64,000 bases of DNA. Source: Neophaeotheca triangularis (taxonomy: Eukaryota). Every line of letters begins with the position of its first letter. Within the stretch, counting starts at the first letter, position 1. Under the pieces are notes generated by a model, which saw only the letters and a program-made list of their open reading frames with translations, was not told the DNA's origin and made no database searches. The stretch covers positions 372,001 to 436,000 of the forward strand of contig BAAIJX010000001.1 of the NCBI GenBank assembly GCA_054600435.1, written 5' to 3'. Made by a program: the position numbers and the translations under genes. This document shows positions 21,666 through 34,800 of this stretch, in pieces.

Positions 21666-23476
21666 TCAAAACCTCCCAGTAGCCAGGATCGTCTTCTTCT
21701 GCTCAACCGGAGTCCTATCCATGTTGTGCATCTCCAAAGGGAACCGGCAGTCTACCCCAGCCACACACTGGGCGCCACGCATGCTTCCCTCGGTGGCTGC
21801 AGGATAGGGGCAGCGGTGCCCGTAGATGCAGTACGGATCTTCGCAGCCTGTGCCCTTTTTGCATGGCGTCTCACGAGCCACGACTCTGAGAGTCTTCAGC
21901 TCGGCGTTGGAAGGTACCAGATCGTGGCGGTGGGGGCACTTCTCGGGCCTATGGCAGCATCCGTTGATGCCAAGGTACTTTTGATTGCACATCTTGAGAC
22001 CCTTGACGCGCTGGACCTCTTCGCGGTTGTACTCTGGGATGTCATCCAGGCGATAGCCTTGCTTGTTGCGCTTGACATCCTTGGATGGCTCCGCATTCTC
22101 GCGTTGGTAGGCCGTGGTCACGGGCTTGTGCTGATTCGTACGAGCTACCGCAGACCAGGTGAAGGCGCCATTGCTCCGTCCGCTGCCGTTCTCCGAGGGC
22201 ACGCCAGCTGACGAAGTCGAGTCCTGGCGCGACGGCTGTTGACGGACTGGCAGGTGGCTACCGATCGGTGCGGATGCTGGCGTGAGGCTGCGCGGCGTCG
22301 CAATCGGAGAGAAGGTGGCGATGCCGTTCAGGACGTTCGTGTGCTCGCGAAGGTTTCTCGCGTTCTCTCCAGTCAAGTTGATCTTCGTGTCTCGAAAAAT
22401 GCCTGGAAATTTTGCGGTCTGGAAGGGCAACATGGCAAGATCGTGAGAAATTGGCGTGCTTTCCATCAAAGTGATTCTCGATTTGGCTTGGGCGTCTTCG
22501 GAATGCTCTTTGAGCATACTAACGTACTTGAACCCGACCTGCGAGCAGCCAAGTAGGATCTGGCTGGGAGTCAGCAACTGTGCGAATCAGCTTTCTTCAC
22601 TTGCGCTCTCGCTTACCTGGCGACAGTGGTAGTCATTGAGATATAGCTTGAAGATTTCTAATGGAGAGATCAGCGTCTGGTAGGTCTGTTGTCTGAGGAG
22701 GAGGAAACCAACCTGCGATCTTCGCCTCCGCGCTGTTTCCATTCGGAGCATCGATGAAGTCGCAAAGCGCCATGCTGCCATTGAATCCACGGGCGAAATC
22801 TTCCATTTTGCCAGGCGAGTCGACGATGCCAGCTCGCGTGCAAATGTCCACCAAGCCACGGATGTTGGCGTACACGCGAACGATAATCTTGACGTTGGAG
22901 GGACATTGGGTGACTGTTTGGACTGCCCATTCTGAGACCGCGCCGTGGAGCGCAACAGCGGCCTTGCGCCCGCCTCTTTCTCCGGCGTTGAATAAGTCGT
23001 TGTCGAACAGCATACCGTTGCCATCAATGAGCACAAGTACATGAGGATCCAAATTCTACGGAAATGAGATGAGTGTCCGCTGTCATGTGATGAAGTCTAG
23101 TTTGGGGGACGTACCAGAAGATCGTGCAAGGTTTTGATGGTTGCTGCCTGTTTGGCCTCTTTCTGCTTGCAAGCGCGAAACCATTCGCGTTCAGCTGTGG
23201 TACCGTTGATCGAGTTCTGGTGAAGGCGTGTGACATGCTCATAGCGGCGGATCACTTCCTGTTGTAAGTTTAGCAGGTGCAGGAAGATACAGGATCTCCT
23301 TGTTGTGGACGTACGGAAAGAAGGCGATTCGCCTCGAGATTATGGGCCTGCACCTCTTCATAGCGCTCCCAGAAAACCGAGGCAGCATTATCGCCATTCA
23401 AGGCATCGACGTCGTTGGCGCGGCTAGCACCGTTGGGAACATTAGGCGTGGAGACGCCGTTTGTAAGGCCATTCAT
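21666..23476 (-). CDS. Fungal CCCH zinc-finger protein (coiled coil, LVLIDG-type domain, tandem CCCH), 5 exons
   Basis: Spliced path MNGLTNG...RLLS|EVIRRYE...HDLL|NLDPHVLVLIDGNGMLF...F.RGFN...DFID|...CRQ|ILLGCS. Zinc fingers MCNQKYL...C...CPHRH and PCKKGTGCEDPYCIYGHRCP...C...CRFPLEMH. Confidence 0.88.
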
Positions 23477-24169
23477 CGCTTCGACCTTTGGAGCTGGTCT
23501 GGGTAGGTGGGTATTGTTGAAGTTGTGAGATATCGGTAGGCAGAGAGTGGGTGTAGATGACAAGGCAAGGAGAGAATAATAACACACTCGGTCGAGAGGT
23601 TGGCGGTGAGGTTTCGAAGTGAGAGAGAGAAACGAAGTTGTTCGAAATGCGACACCTCTCACCGGGCCTAGCCGCGTCGCCGCTTCCGCATGTGGAAGGA
23701 TGTCGTTTGAACGCCTGCAGGAGTCCGTCAAAAAGGGGTCCGAGCGTCTAGGCAGTCAACACCAAGCCTCACCTGCACAAAACACTTTCTAAGGCACCAA
23801 CCTTACTTGGAGAGACAGAACCTGATGATTGAAATCTGAAAGCTGAAAGCCCTGCAATGCCGCCCCTATGCTGCTTTGCGTCCACATAGCGGTGATCGTC
23901 GACGGCCCGCCTATCTCCCTATGCGTTTAGGCGATTCTTTTGAGGCGCTAGGAAAGACTGGACAACTTGCGTCACCTTTGTCAGCTCGTTGTATCTGTGC
24001 CGGAATGAGCCTGGGTCAGTCTTGCTCAAACCATACGACGACGCAAACACCCGGACTGACCTAAACATTGCGGCCGACCATCCCGACGCCGACCCATCGC
24101 TCGGGCTGCCTGTCTATCCATCTTTCTTGTATCAGTGTCCCAGCACCTTTGACGGTCCGCCATACGAGT

Positions 24170-25042
24170 TCACTCCTTTGCCCAGTCTTTGAGCTCGTCT
24201 TTCAAATGCGCCCGTAACTTTGCGAAAGACCGCCCGAAATCCCGCCCGCATCGCCAGCATATCAGTTCTTCCTGCATTTGCTTGAAGTTCCTTCTGTAGT
24301 CTTCCTCCGCCAACGGGAACTGGTCGAGCCCCACTAGAAAACCGGTGTTGAAACTCAGGTAGTGATTGACCTTGTTCATGCTCGGCCCGCACATGTCACG
24401 ACTCATCACGTGTATGTGTAGATGAGCCATAGAGGGGTTGGCGTGAATGCCACTGATAATGCCGTTGTTCCAGTCGCGACCGGCGGGGAGTTCGAAGTCT
24501 TCTGGAGGGTCCTCTGTCTCCATAGCAGCCATTCGGGCTTTCTCTCTGGAAGAGTCCTTCGCATACGTCCGTCGCAGCTCCTCGGCAACCATAGCTCTGA
24601 CAGTCGCTTCCTCCCTTCTGCACTTTTCCAGGAATTCCGGGTCGTCAAATGCCTCTTGCGGTCTTAGAAGTTGCTTTTCGCGGTCCCTGGGCAAAATGAG
24701 CAGATGGGTCATTGATTTCGGGAATAGATCTCGGATGATGACAAAATCGTCGTTGAAGGTAACAACCCGATCTCTGCCTGGCCCATTGGGGTCTGCGGTG
24801 TAGATCCCGAGGCCCAAGCCTTTTTCGGCATTCCAGTCTGTACGACACGGTTTAGTTGGGCTGGTGACCTTGGGTTTCGGGGTCGCGTTGGGCTTGGGTT
24901 TCGGAGCCGCCTTGGGCTTGGGTCGCAAGAGTTCTGTGACTGTAATTTCGCGTCGAATTAGACGCCTGAGACGAGAGCGAGGGTTGATGTGCAGCTTACA
25001 AGCATTGCCAGACTCCTGCTTGGAACCCTGACGTCTACTCAT
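24170..25042 (-). CDS. HNT3: Aprataxin-like DNA-adenylate hydrolase (HIT domain plus zinc finger)
   Basis: GLGIY, VIIRDLFPKSMTHLLILPR, HIT motif GIHANPSMAHLHIHVMS, HYLSFNTGF and C-terminal CWRCG...LRAHLKDE. Probable short intron near the 5' end. Confidence 0.93.
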   Translation of the reverse strand: MSRRQGSKQESGNACKLHINPRSRLRRLIRREITVTELLRPKPKAAPKPKPNATPKPKVTSPTKPCRTDWNAEKGLGLGIYTADPNGPGRDRVVTFNDDFVIIRDLFPKSMTHLLILPRDREKQLLRPQEAFDDPEFLEKCRREEATVRAMVAEELRRTYAKDSSREKARMAAMETEDPPEDFELPAGRDWNNGIISGIHANPSMAHLHIHVMSRDMCGPSMNKVNHYLSFNTGFLVGLDQFPLAEEDYRRNFKQMQEELICWRCGRDFGRSFAKLRAHLKDELKDWAKE

Positions 25043-25787
25043 AGTCGTGCTCAAATCTGTTTTCCCCCTACAAGCGTTGGGCAATCGGATGCGGTATTCG
25101 CAGTATTAGAGCAACGTTGAGCAGCCTCGTCGATGTTAGCCAAATGTGGCGAAGACACAGTTGATTGTACATCAAGGGAAGCAAGAGAGATATAGTACAG
25201 TACTTAACACAGTCACCGGGACGGTATGTAACGGTTTAGCAGAGCCAATGGTTATAAAGCCAGCGGCGCATCAATGGAATGGAAGGGAAGGTGAGGCATG
25301 TAAACAAAAAGGTCAAAGAGAGCCGTGGAGAGCAGAGCAAATGTGAGGTTCACTAGGACAGTAGTAGTGCATAGCCGCGCGCAAAGACGGGAGCTGGTAC
25401 TATCTAAAAGTTATTAGGTACTACTCGAGTTCCGTCCGTCGTTCACGTTAGGGGAAGGTTGTCTGGCGAATCGTGACGTCGGACCAACAGCGACCGGTTT
25501 CCCGGGCGCTGAGGTGCCCATGTGGTGACTACAGTTCCTAGCGACTGCAGCAGCCGCAGTGGAGATGACGGCCAGAGCTTCCAAGCTCGACTTCAATCGC
25601 CCTGGTGTAGCCTGTGACATCCGACTACAACTACATCAAGTATACCAACCACTTCCACTGCTACACTACTGTGTGATACATCCTGACTACCTATTGCTAT
25701 TCGATTTCGAGTACACGTCGAGCTGCATCCCCTTCCTACTCTACGTCCTTCCTCCTGCACTCGAGCTCGTATCGACAGCTCTCCGCC

Positions 25788-27954
25788 ATGTCGCTGTTTG
25801 GCGAGGCGGATGCGCCTTCATCGCGTCCCAAGTCCTCACTGTTCGACGACGACGCAGCTCAAACTTCAAAGACCAGCTCGAGTATGTTCGGAGATAGCTC
25901 TGCTGACGTCGGCGACACTGGCGGTTCCCCTTGGGATTTCACACCGCGGAAAAAGACTGGCGGCCGAGGCAGTATGGTCAAATCATTACTGGCTGATGCG
26001 GATGTCCCGGAGCTCTACGTCGACACATACGACAACTTACAGGCGGGTAGTGGAGTGCCCTCGGAGGAAGCAAGAGAGCTCCTTCGTGGAAGCGGTGTTT
26101 TGCAGAGTGACCAGAACAAGATCTGGGACATCGTTGCCGGGAACGGAGGGAATACAGCGCTGGGTAGGGCAGAGTTCAATGTCTTACTTGCTCTTATCGG
26201 CTTGGCTCAGGAAGGCGAGGAGCTCAGTCTCGACGCTGTAGACGAAAGGCGGAGACGTCTCCCAGCGCCTCGTCTCCCAGAGCGGAAGCAAGCAGTACCT
26301 GAGCCACCCAAAACACCCCAAGAGCCCACGCAGTCCGGCGCGCAAACATCTCCTCAACATTCAAAACGGAAACCATCATTCAGTCTACATGATGATCCCT
26401 GGGGGAGTCCAGATATGCACAAGGGGCACGGGCACGCCAATGGCATCGGCGCTGCTGGTAGAACGACGAGTAGCTTCACGACAACGGCACAGGATCCTCC
26501 AGACAATGGCGCATCGGGCACTTACAATGGTCAGGTTGGTGGAAGTTCTGATGGCGCCAGCTGGGGTGGAGCGCCTGCTTTTGGCAATACTGCCAGCAAC
26601 GCTTTCGGCGGTCCAGGTGCCGGCGGTTTTGGCGACGAAGGAAACGAACCAGCCGCGCCTCGCAGGGCGGCTCCTGTGCGCCATGCGTCGAGCAAGGGTG
26701 TCGAAGAAACCGTCACTGTCAACATGCTAGAAGAGAAGGAAGGTATGTTTATGTTTCAGCACCGCAACTACGAGGTTGCCTCCATTCGACGCAACAGCAA
26801 AGTCATTAGGCGATACAGCGATTTTGTTTGGCTTCTCGACTGCTTGCATAAACGATACCCGTTCCGGCAACTCCCCTTGCTGCCACCGAAGCGTGTTGCC
26901 ATCAACGGCAATCACATTGCGGCAGATGCATTGTTCATTGAGAAAAGGCGACGAGGCCTTGCGAGGTTCGCCAACGCGCTAGTCAGGCATCCCGTTCTGA
27001 GGGAGGAGCAATTAGTGGTCATGTTCCTGACGGTGCCAACGGTAGATGCATACGCAACTCACCTTTACTACAATAGTTGATACTAACATTTGTCCAGGAG
27101 CTCGCAGTCTGGCGAAAGCAGGCCACGATCTCGGTCCAAGAGGAGTTTACCGGCAAACAGCTCCCCTCGAATCTCGAGGACTCTCTGCCTCAGAATCTGC
27201 AAGATACCTTCGAGACCGTACGTTCCGGAGTTAGGAGATCCGCCGACATGTACATTAACCTCTGCAACGTCACCGAACGTCTGTGCAAACGCAAGGAGGC
27301 CATTGCTGGCGAGTACGGACGTTTTAGCCTGAACCTCAACACGTTGACGGAAGCATCAAACGATGCTTACGCGATCGAGACAAACGAGGTACCTTTGCTG
27401 AACGAAGGCATCAAGTCAACAGCAAAGCACTTGTCGACATCGCAAAGCCTGCTCGAAGACGAACAGAGAGCTTGGGATGAAGGCCTCCTTGAAGACCTCA
27501 AGTCCATGAGGGACGCCCTCGTCTCAATGCGTGACATGTTCGACCGCAAGGACAAACTGTCCAAAGACAACATTCCGCAATTGGAAAAGCGTATACAGGC
27601 AAATGAAAGTAAATTGCAGCAAATCAGGAGCAAAGGAGATCTTGCCAAACCTGGAGAGGCCGAGAAGGTTGAGACGGCGATCGTGAATGTAGGCATATCT
27701 ATGAACTCCCTGTCATTTACACACTTTGCTGACCTCGATTGCAGGACAAACAATCCATCGTCGCCCAGCACGCTCGAGGCGTGTTCATCAAGGAGTGCGT
27801 CCGAGACGAGATTGTCTACTTTAACACCACGCAATACCGCGTCTCCCGCTTGCACCAAGACTGGGCGCAGGAGCGCGTGAAGTATGCGGAACTGCAAGCC
27901 GACAATTTCAGAGGGCTCGTGGATGCTGTCGAAGGAATGCCGCTTGGCGACTAG
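25788..27954 (+). CDS. MVP1: Sorting nexin (PX-BAR), 3 exons
   Basis: MSLFG N-terminus; PX domain EKEGMFMFQHRNY...VIRRYSDFVWLLDCLHKRYPFRQLPLLPPKR; BAR region; ends VEGMPLGD. Introns about 27042-27097 and 27689-27744. Confidence 0.95.
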
Positions 27955-28489
27955 AAGCTGTCCTCGGCGTCTGGATTCGCTCGCCACAGAAGTCAGAGAA
28001 GATGTAAGAAGGCTGCGGCCAGATCTAGGCATGGTGGTACGTCTGATCGTAGTCTTAGGATCCGCGACGAGCTCGACGGGAATGCCGAGGTGGGCACCGG
28101 TCCGCGTGGTCCAAGAGGCTCGATGGAAACCTGGGCTAGGAAGGAGACCTTTCGCAAGATGGGGACGTACCGCAATTTCTTTGCTCGTCCTGGCATTTGA
28201 TTGGGGGGCGGTTGTGGGAACAGGTGGGTTTTGATATCGCTTCGCTGACGCCGGTGAAGACAGACGGAGCGGCTGCGTCAGTAGCAAGGAGATCATCCTT
28301 CCTACTCGTACACACAAATAATTCACTTTTATCAATCTCCAAGCCTCGGCACCTCCTCTCTTTGTATCGCTGTTCCCCAACACTTGAGTGAAACTTATGC
28401 AGAGCTTATATTGACGCCTCGGCACGACATTGACATTCACGATTGTCTCTTGCTCTTTGCCTGCGGACACCCTAACAAACGACATAACA

Positions 28490-29056
28490 ATGTCGTTCTT
28501 TAACACCGAGTTCGTCTGAACCAACGGCCTCAGCAACCGACTTGACCGCGGGGCAATACGATCCCACCACCACCGGAAAGCAACACCGACGAGAAGACTC
28601 TCGCCGTCCCCCTCCCTCATCAGCGACGACATCTGTTCGAACTCCCTACCCTGACCCGGCAACACCTTTGTCTTCCGCTGCGTCTCGACCGGCCGCCTGT
28701 TGACCCTCATTTACGGCAACGTCGTGCTCGCTCCGCCAGGCAGCCCCGGCTCCATCCCATGGGAGTGCGTGTTCCACAAAGGCTGGCTTGGCTTCCGCAG
28801 CCGGATCTCTTGCCGCTATCCCGGCCGCAGCAGGAACAGGCAGTTATACCGCGTGGCGGGCCGACGACAACTTTGCGAGTGCTTTGTAGTGCGGTCGACG
28901 CTTTGTCTGAATTATATCCTGCTCGTGACGAATAGGGATTGCTTGTGGACGGTTGGCTTGAGAGAGGAAGATGGCATGAGAACGATGTATACGATGGACG
29001 CTACAGAGGCGCATGGGGGCGAAGGTGGAGTAGGATTTTGTTCGAGTGTTGGATAG
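28490..29056 (+). pseudogene. Disrupted copy of a small fungal protein family with a PWPGxTF...WECV...GWLGFR signature
   Basis: ACA-ATG at 28490; in-frame TGA at 28517-28519 and 28652-28654 (P*PGNTFVFR). Downstream reads GRLLTLIYGNVVLAPPGSPGSIPWECVFHKGWLGFRS. Family recognised from memory. Confidence 0.7.
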
Positions 29057-29912
29057 AAGCTTTCAGATGATCGTATCATTTATGGTCCTGTCTTATCAGC
29101 TTTACAAGCTCATGCTGGTAACCTTCTGCCTTGTTAACACGACTCGCTCTCCGTTGGAGGCCAGCTTCGGTATATTTTGATTGATATACTGAAGTCATGT
29201 CCGTGACGTCTAGTAAGCCACACATGTTCAATTACATACACAAGAGGGAGAAGGATGGAGCGATCAAGTATGATTATTGGCATTAGCTCTCCGGCAAGAT
29301 TACAGACAACAACAGAGGCATTGTTCATCTAGTTTTTTGACTAGACAAATCCGGTGGACATACACGAGTGTCCTCCTGTCCACACGCTTTGGCGTATTGA
29401 TGCCCTAATAGTACATATATTGAGTGAGAATCAACAGACATCAACTTGACAAAGGAATTAATAGCTTGTTACGTCGCATAATCTCTCCGGGTTAGAGGAG
29501 TAGCAGATACAACTTCCAAAACGAAACATCCGTACACTGCTACGAAGAAGAAGACGTTTGGATCAACGCAAGTCAAATGCTCTCAGTACTCCTCGGGCAT
29601 TCGCAAGCTCCATAGGCTTCAGAGTGGCTGCTTGGGTTTTATTCCAGCTCACAGTGCAGTGTTTGTTGTTAGAGAACTACAAACAGAGCAGGAACACGCA
29701 ATCTCGGGATTTCTTTCAATGGTCTCGAGAAGCTGCTACTATCGATCGAAAGAAGGCAAAGGACGAATACAGACAAAAGAATATTGATATAGCGGAGTAT
29801 CGACGCTCTGCCCACTTGCCTAATGGAAGCTCCCAACACCAAAACACAATGCCCTGCGACACCTCAGCGCCATTCACTATATCTACAATACATTCACAAT
29901 GGCAACGCTCAG

Positions 29913-32624
29913 TTAGTTCCTCCTGTTCCAATATTCCCATCCTCGCCTCGCCTCCTTCATGAGCGACGGCGCAGGCTCTTCAGGTCCACCAAGAGGTGGT
30001 GGGAGGTTGGCAGGTTTCGGCTCGGCTGGGCTCGGGGCACCAATTGGGCCTTCGCGGTCACCTCGGCCGCCAAAGTACTTGCTGAAGTCGCCGTGATCTT
30101 CCCAAGGTCTCTGGCCGAGTAAACGTACCATATCGTCTCTCGACAGGACCTCCTTTCTCAATAGTTCCTCCGCAACCATCTCGACCTCCTTGCTCTTCTC
30201 CTGCAAGAGGTCCCTGCACTGGTTGTAAGCCTCATCGACGATGCGGCGCACTTCGGCGTCGATTGTTTTGCCAGTCTCCTCTGAGAAAGGCTTGTGGAGC
30301 TGCTGCTGCTGGTCGTCCTGGTAATGGAGGTAGCCGATTTTGGATGACATGCCCCATTGGGTGACCATCATGGTTGCCATACGGGTAACCTTGTTGAAGT
30401 CGTCGGAGGCACCTGTGGTGACGGTGTCGAAGTTCAGTTCTTCACTGACACGGCCACCGAGGGTCATGGCCATGCGGTCCATTAGTTGTTTTACGCTCAT
30501 CAGGTACGATTCGCCGTTGGGCAAGTACTGCGCGTAGCCCAAAGCGCCAGATCCACGAGGAATGATAGAAACCTTGAGCAAGGGGTCTGCCCACTGGAAG
30601 TACCACCCGCAGATGGCATGGCCAGCCTCGTGGTAGGCAACCGTCTTCTTCTCTTGAGGGTTCAAGACCATGCTCTTCTTTTCGAGGCCACCGATAACGC
30701 GCTCAATGGCTTGCTCGAAATGGGTCATGGCGATCGTCTCAACCTTGTCGCGCGCAGCGATGAGCGCGGCTTCGTTGACGCAGTTTGCAATGTCCGCACC
30801 GGCAAAGCCAGGAGTCAAAGCTGCAAGGCGACCCTTGAGATGCTCCTGATCTTCGTTCGTGACTACGTTGTTCAGGTGAACGCCAAAGATCTGCTTGCGA
30901 CCATCCATGGTTGGGCGGTCAATGGCGATGTGTCGGTCGAAACGACCGGGTCGCATCAACGCCTTGTCGAGGACGTCGGATCGGTTCGTGCCTGCCATTA
31001 CAACAACTTGCTCAGAAGTACTGAAGCCGTCCATTTCGGTCAGGATCTGGTTGAGGGTGGCCTCTCGCTCATCGTTGCCGCCTCCGAAGCTCTGCTTGGC
31101 ACGCGACTTGCCAATGGCGTCGATTTCATCAATGAAGATGATGCATGGTGTGCTCTTGCGGGCATTGGCAAAGAGGTCACGTACTCTCGAGGCACCAACA
31201 CCGACGAACATCTCCACGAACTCAGATCCAGAAACCGAAAAGAAAGGCACGCCAGACTCGCCCGCGGTAGCCTTTGCAAGAAGTGTCTTACCGGTACCCG
31301 GAGGCCCTGACAGAATCGCGCCTCTTGGAATCTTCGCACCGAGCTTCTGGTATATGCCTGGCTCCTTGAGGAAGGAGACGAACTCCATGATCTCCCGCTT
31401 CGCTTCGTCCATGCCTGCGACATCCGCAAATTTCACCTTGATATCAGTTTCGTGGTTAAATTTCTTGGCTTTGCTCTTTCCCATTCCAAAAATGCCCGAT
31501 CCTCCACCTCCAGCGCCACCTCGTCGCGAGAAGTAAACGAGTGCGCCAATGAAAAGGATGGTGGGACCGAACGCCAGGAAGGTATTGATCCAAGAGCCTT
31601 CAGTTTGGTAAGAAACCGGAATACGCTCCGTACTCGGTATTCCAAGCTCGCCCTGGGCTTCGTCAAGCCTGCGTTCGAATGCCTCGACAGAGCCAATAGA
31701 GAAGTAGTAATAGAAACCTTGGTGTGCCGCAGGGCTCTCAGGGTACATACTGGCAACGCTTTCGCGGTGCAAGTATACCTTGACTCGGTCACTGTTCAGC
31801 ACTACCAGCTTCTCGACCAATCCCTTGTCGAAAAAGGTGTTCCTAAACTCTTGCCATGTGATCTCCCTGCTGTTCTCCGAAGGTACCACCAACCGATACA
31901 ACAAGTAAGAGACGAAGATCGAAACGAGGAAATTTGACAGGTCGAAGTTGGCAGTCTTCATGTTAGAGAACATGTCCTCGGGCTTGCCTTGTTTTTTACC
32001 CTTCTCCTTCTCGGAGCCGGCTGGCCCTGGCTCGTCAGCAGACTTTTGTTTGGGCGCTTCGTCTTTCTTCTCGTTGACTGTTTCTTCGGCATGGTGCCGG
32101 GCGATCTGAGTTGTAAGGCGCCAGAGCTTCGCTGCTCTCGCTGGGCTCATGCCCTCCTTGTTACACTCCTCCACAGTCTCCCGTAGTTCCTTTGGCAAAC
32201 CCTCCTTCTTGATCCGAACCTGCGCTCTGTCAATGTCATCAGCCATAGATGCAGGCATGCCTTTCTTAACCATGCTAAAGACATCGTCCAGAGCCTTCTC
32301 TTCCGCCGCTGACAGCTTTGATTCGCCTTCGCCATCCTGCTGCTCCGACTTTTCCGGAGACATTGGGCCCCCTTTGCTGTAAAGATTCTCCATGCCCTTC
32401 GCCGGCTCACCCGGCGCCCGGTCTATCTTCTTTCCCGTGTTGGCCTCATTCTGCTCGCCATTCTTCGGTGGTTGCGAAGAATACTGTTGGCGCCGGGCGG
32501 AGGCGTAAAGTGGACGCGGCAGCGCTGAAGGCCGTCGCGCAAGAGTCTGTGACAGCGATGCTGCCTCAGCTAGCTGTCTGGAAGAGCGCGCAATGTTCTG
32601 TGGGCGGCGGAGTAGACTACTCAT
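29913..32624 (-). CDS. YTA12: Mitochondrial m-AAA protease subunit (Yta12/Afg3, FtsH family)
   Basis: Arg/Ser-rich presequence, two TM segments, Walker A GPPGTGKT, Walker [22 protein letters not shown] and zinc motif HEAGH. Confidence 0.95.
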   Translation of the reverse strand: MSSLLRRPQNIARSSRQLAEAASLSQTLARRPSALPRPLYASARRQQYSSQPPKNGEQNEANTGKKIDRAPGEPAKGMENLYSKGGPMSPEKSEQQDGEGESKLSAAEEKALDDVFSMVKKGMPASMADDIDRAQVRIKKEGLPKELRETVEECNKEGMSPARAAKLWRLTTQIARHHAEETVNEKKDEAPKQKSADEPGPAGSEKEKGKKQGKPEDMFSNMKTANFDLSNFLVSIFVSYLLYRLVVPSENSREITWQEFRNTFFDKGLVEKLVVLNSDRVKVYLHRESVASMYPESPAAHQGFYYYFSIGSVEAFERRLDEAQGELGIPSTERIPVSYQTEGSWINTFLAFGPTILFIGALVYFSRRGGAGGGGSGIFGMGKSKAKKFNHETDIKVKFADVAGMDEAKREIMEFVSFLKEPGIYQKLGAKIPRGAILSGPPGTGKTLLAKATAGESGVPFFSVSGSEFVEMFVGVGASRVRDLFANARKSTPCIIFIDEIDAIGKSRAKQSFGGGNDEREATLNQILTEMDGFSTSEQVVVMAGTNRSDVLDKALMRPGRFDRHIAIDRPTMDGRKQIFGVHLNNVVTNEDQEHLKGRLAALTPGFAGADIANCVNEAALIAARDKVETIAMTHFEQAIERVIGGLEKKSMVLNPQEKKTVAYHEAGHAICGWYFQWADPLLKVSIIPRGSGALGYAQYLPNGESYLMSVKQLMDRMAMTLGGRVSEELNFDTVTTGASDDFNKVTRMATMMVTQWGMSSKIGYLHYQDDQQQQLHKPFSEETGKTIDAEVRRIVDEAYNQCRDLLQEKSKEVEMVAEELLRKEVLSRDDMVRLLGQRPWEDHGDFSKYFGGRGDREGPIGAPSPAEPKPANLPPPLGGPEEPAPSLMKEARRGWEYWNRRN

Positions 32625-33186
32625 GGCGGGAGAATGCTACGGTCGTAGCAGGAGTAGTGGGTGGTAGAAGGGGTTGACTGGTATTCGCTTATGTGTGCTC
32701 GCCACCATGCACAGCGTATGTACCTGCACAGTCAATGATATCTTTTCGAGATGTGGTGGGTTTGACTTGAAAAAGCAAGGTAGGTGTCGTAGAGGAAGGT
32801 AGTAGTGAGATGGCGGTGGTGGCAGTCGGATAGTAACAATAATGAGTCGTCTTGAAGATCGCATGACGCGCCGATTTGCCTTCGATGCCAAGACAGCGAG
32901 GTCTCCACTTCTACTTTCGACCTCTTCCACGCTCCTCCTCCTTCACCGACGTGTTCACCGACACTGGTACGGTATCAATCATTCGGCATTAACGAGGGCG
33001 ACATAGTTTCCAACACAATCTTGGGCAACAGTTAAGTCTTCAAGCCAGCAGGTCACTTGTCGCCACCTTCCTTCCTGTCTCTCGGTATTCCTCAAGCGTT
33101 TCTCTCGAGGTAGCTTCTTTTTGTGTCTACTTGCTTCGTCTGTTGCTCTCTCGTGCTCTCTCACCGGGGCGAACGCACAACTCGTA

Positions 33187-34281
33187 ATGAGCACTATGGA
33201 CACCCCCATCTGGCTCGATTGCGACACAGGCCATGACGATTGCTTTGGATTACTTCTGGCAGCCCACCACCCATCGTCTCGCCTTCTCGGCGTGAGCACT
33301 GTCTATGGCAACGCTCCCTTGAAGCACACTACGCGCAACACACTCTCCATCCTTGCAGCAATCCAGCGGCCCTCTACGCCGATATACCCTGGAGCCAGTA
33401 AGCCATTGTGTCGCGCCGCTGCATCAGCTGCGGACATTCACGGCGACAGTGGGCTGGACGGAACTACGCTCCTTCCAACGCCACAGGTGTCCGAGAGGCG
33501 AGACAAGCCAGCAGTCGTCGCTATGGCGGAAGCCATTGCAGCCACTGAAAAGGGTAAGACATGGATAGTAGCGACAGGCTGCCTGACAAATGTCGCACTT
33601 TTGTTTTCCGTCTACCCTGAGCTTTCCCATCACATTGCCGGCTTGAGTATCATGGGTGGGGCCATCGGTGGGGGTTTTACGGACGCCCCCATGGGCGAAG
33701 TGGAGGGAGAAGGTGAACGCTTCGGTAATTGGACGCCGTGGGCGGAATTCAACATTTATCTTGACCCTGAAGCAGCTCGCTGCGTATTCGATAACCCCAT
33801 ACTTTCCGCGAAAACCACGCTTATTCCTCTTGACCTGACGCATCAATTCCTGGCCACTCCAGCTGTGCAGCAATTGCTTTTACGTGGCCCAAAAGCCAAT
33901 CTCAGTTTCGACCAGCCGTCAGAAGTCCGGAGACTTTTCATGGAAATTCTCACCTTCTTCGCCGGAACTTATGCCTCGGTCTTTGGCATCACCGCGGGGC
34001 CACCTCTACACGATCCTCTTGCCGTGTTTGCAGCCATCGCCCCTGGTCTTTTGGATGATTCAGGTGGCGAGCGATATAACGTGGACGTGGTACTTGAAGG
34101 TGAACATGGCTCGTCTGCGCATGTAAGAAGCGGTGTTTCACAGTGTGGACGAACAATCGCTACGAGATTGTCCCATGGCCTGCCTGGCGTGCGGATTCCG
34201 AGGGCGTTGCAGACGGAGGAGCTGTGGGCGATCATTGAGAAGTGCCTTGCGAGCGCTGAGGACGCTGGCAAGAATGCATAA
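33187..34281 (+). CDS. URH1: Inosine/uridine-preferring nucleoside hydrolase
   Basis: IWLDCDTGHDD, GVSTVYGN, DIHGDSGLDG, ATGCLTNVAL, AEFNIYLDPEAA and PLHDP motifs. First ATG at 33187. Confidence 0.92.
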   Translation: MSTMDTPIWLDCDTGHDDCFGLLLAAHHPSSRLLGVSTVYGNAPLKHTTRNTLSILAAIQRPSTPIYPGASKPLCRAAASAADIHGDSGLDGTTLLPTPQVSERRDKPAVVAMAEAIAATEKGKTWIVATGCLTNVALLFSVYPELSHHIAGLSIMGGAIGGGFTDAPMGEVEGEGERFGNWTPWAEFNIYLDPEAARCVFDNPILSAKTTLIPLDLTHQFLATPAVQQLLLRGPKANLSFDQPSEVRRLFMEILTFFAGTYASVFGITAGPPLHDPLAVFAAIAPGLLDDSGGERYNVDVVLEGEHGSSAHVRSGVSQCGRTIATRLSHGLPGVRIPRALQTEELWAIIEKCLASAEDAGKNA

Positions 34282-34800
34282 ATGATCAAATGAATTCTTG
34301 TAGCGAAATAGTTGTTGCGGTTGGGACATCGCCCAAGGGGATGCGGTGCGCAAGGAGAGGGATCGTTTCTTAGCGGCGATGAAGTGCGAGAAGGGTCCAC
34401 TGCCCAAGAAATATGTTACAAAGAAAAGACTGAGTCTCTGTCTATATCTAGCTATCCGGAGTATCTTGTACAAGACAAAAATGGTAGTGGAAGATCGAGT
34501 GATGGCATCGTTGGCTTTCACAGGGCATAAGCCTGACAAAATGTCCACTCACTAGCGCGAGCGGCCAGCGGCCAATCGGGACTAATCCAGCGCAGCTCCC
34601 GACAGCCTTACCCGAAAGCCTCCACCTTTTAACTCTCCACCCTGCATCGAGTCACTGAAACAGTCATTGGACCGGCCTGTATATGAGCTTCAAAGGCAAC
34701 AAACTGCCTGGGGTTAATACAAACCTCGCACTTCTGCAACAAAATACAGCTCCCGGTAAGATCTGAATTTGCTCACTGCCAGGTTGCAAAGCCCTCCAAA

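Noticed and set aside
27367..28710. 447-aa minus-strand ORF
   Set aside because: It is antisense to the last exons of MVP1 and the 5' part of the pseudogene and has no recognisable motifs; most likely a shadow ORF.
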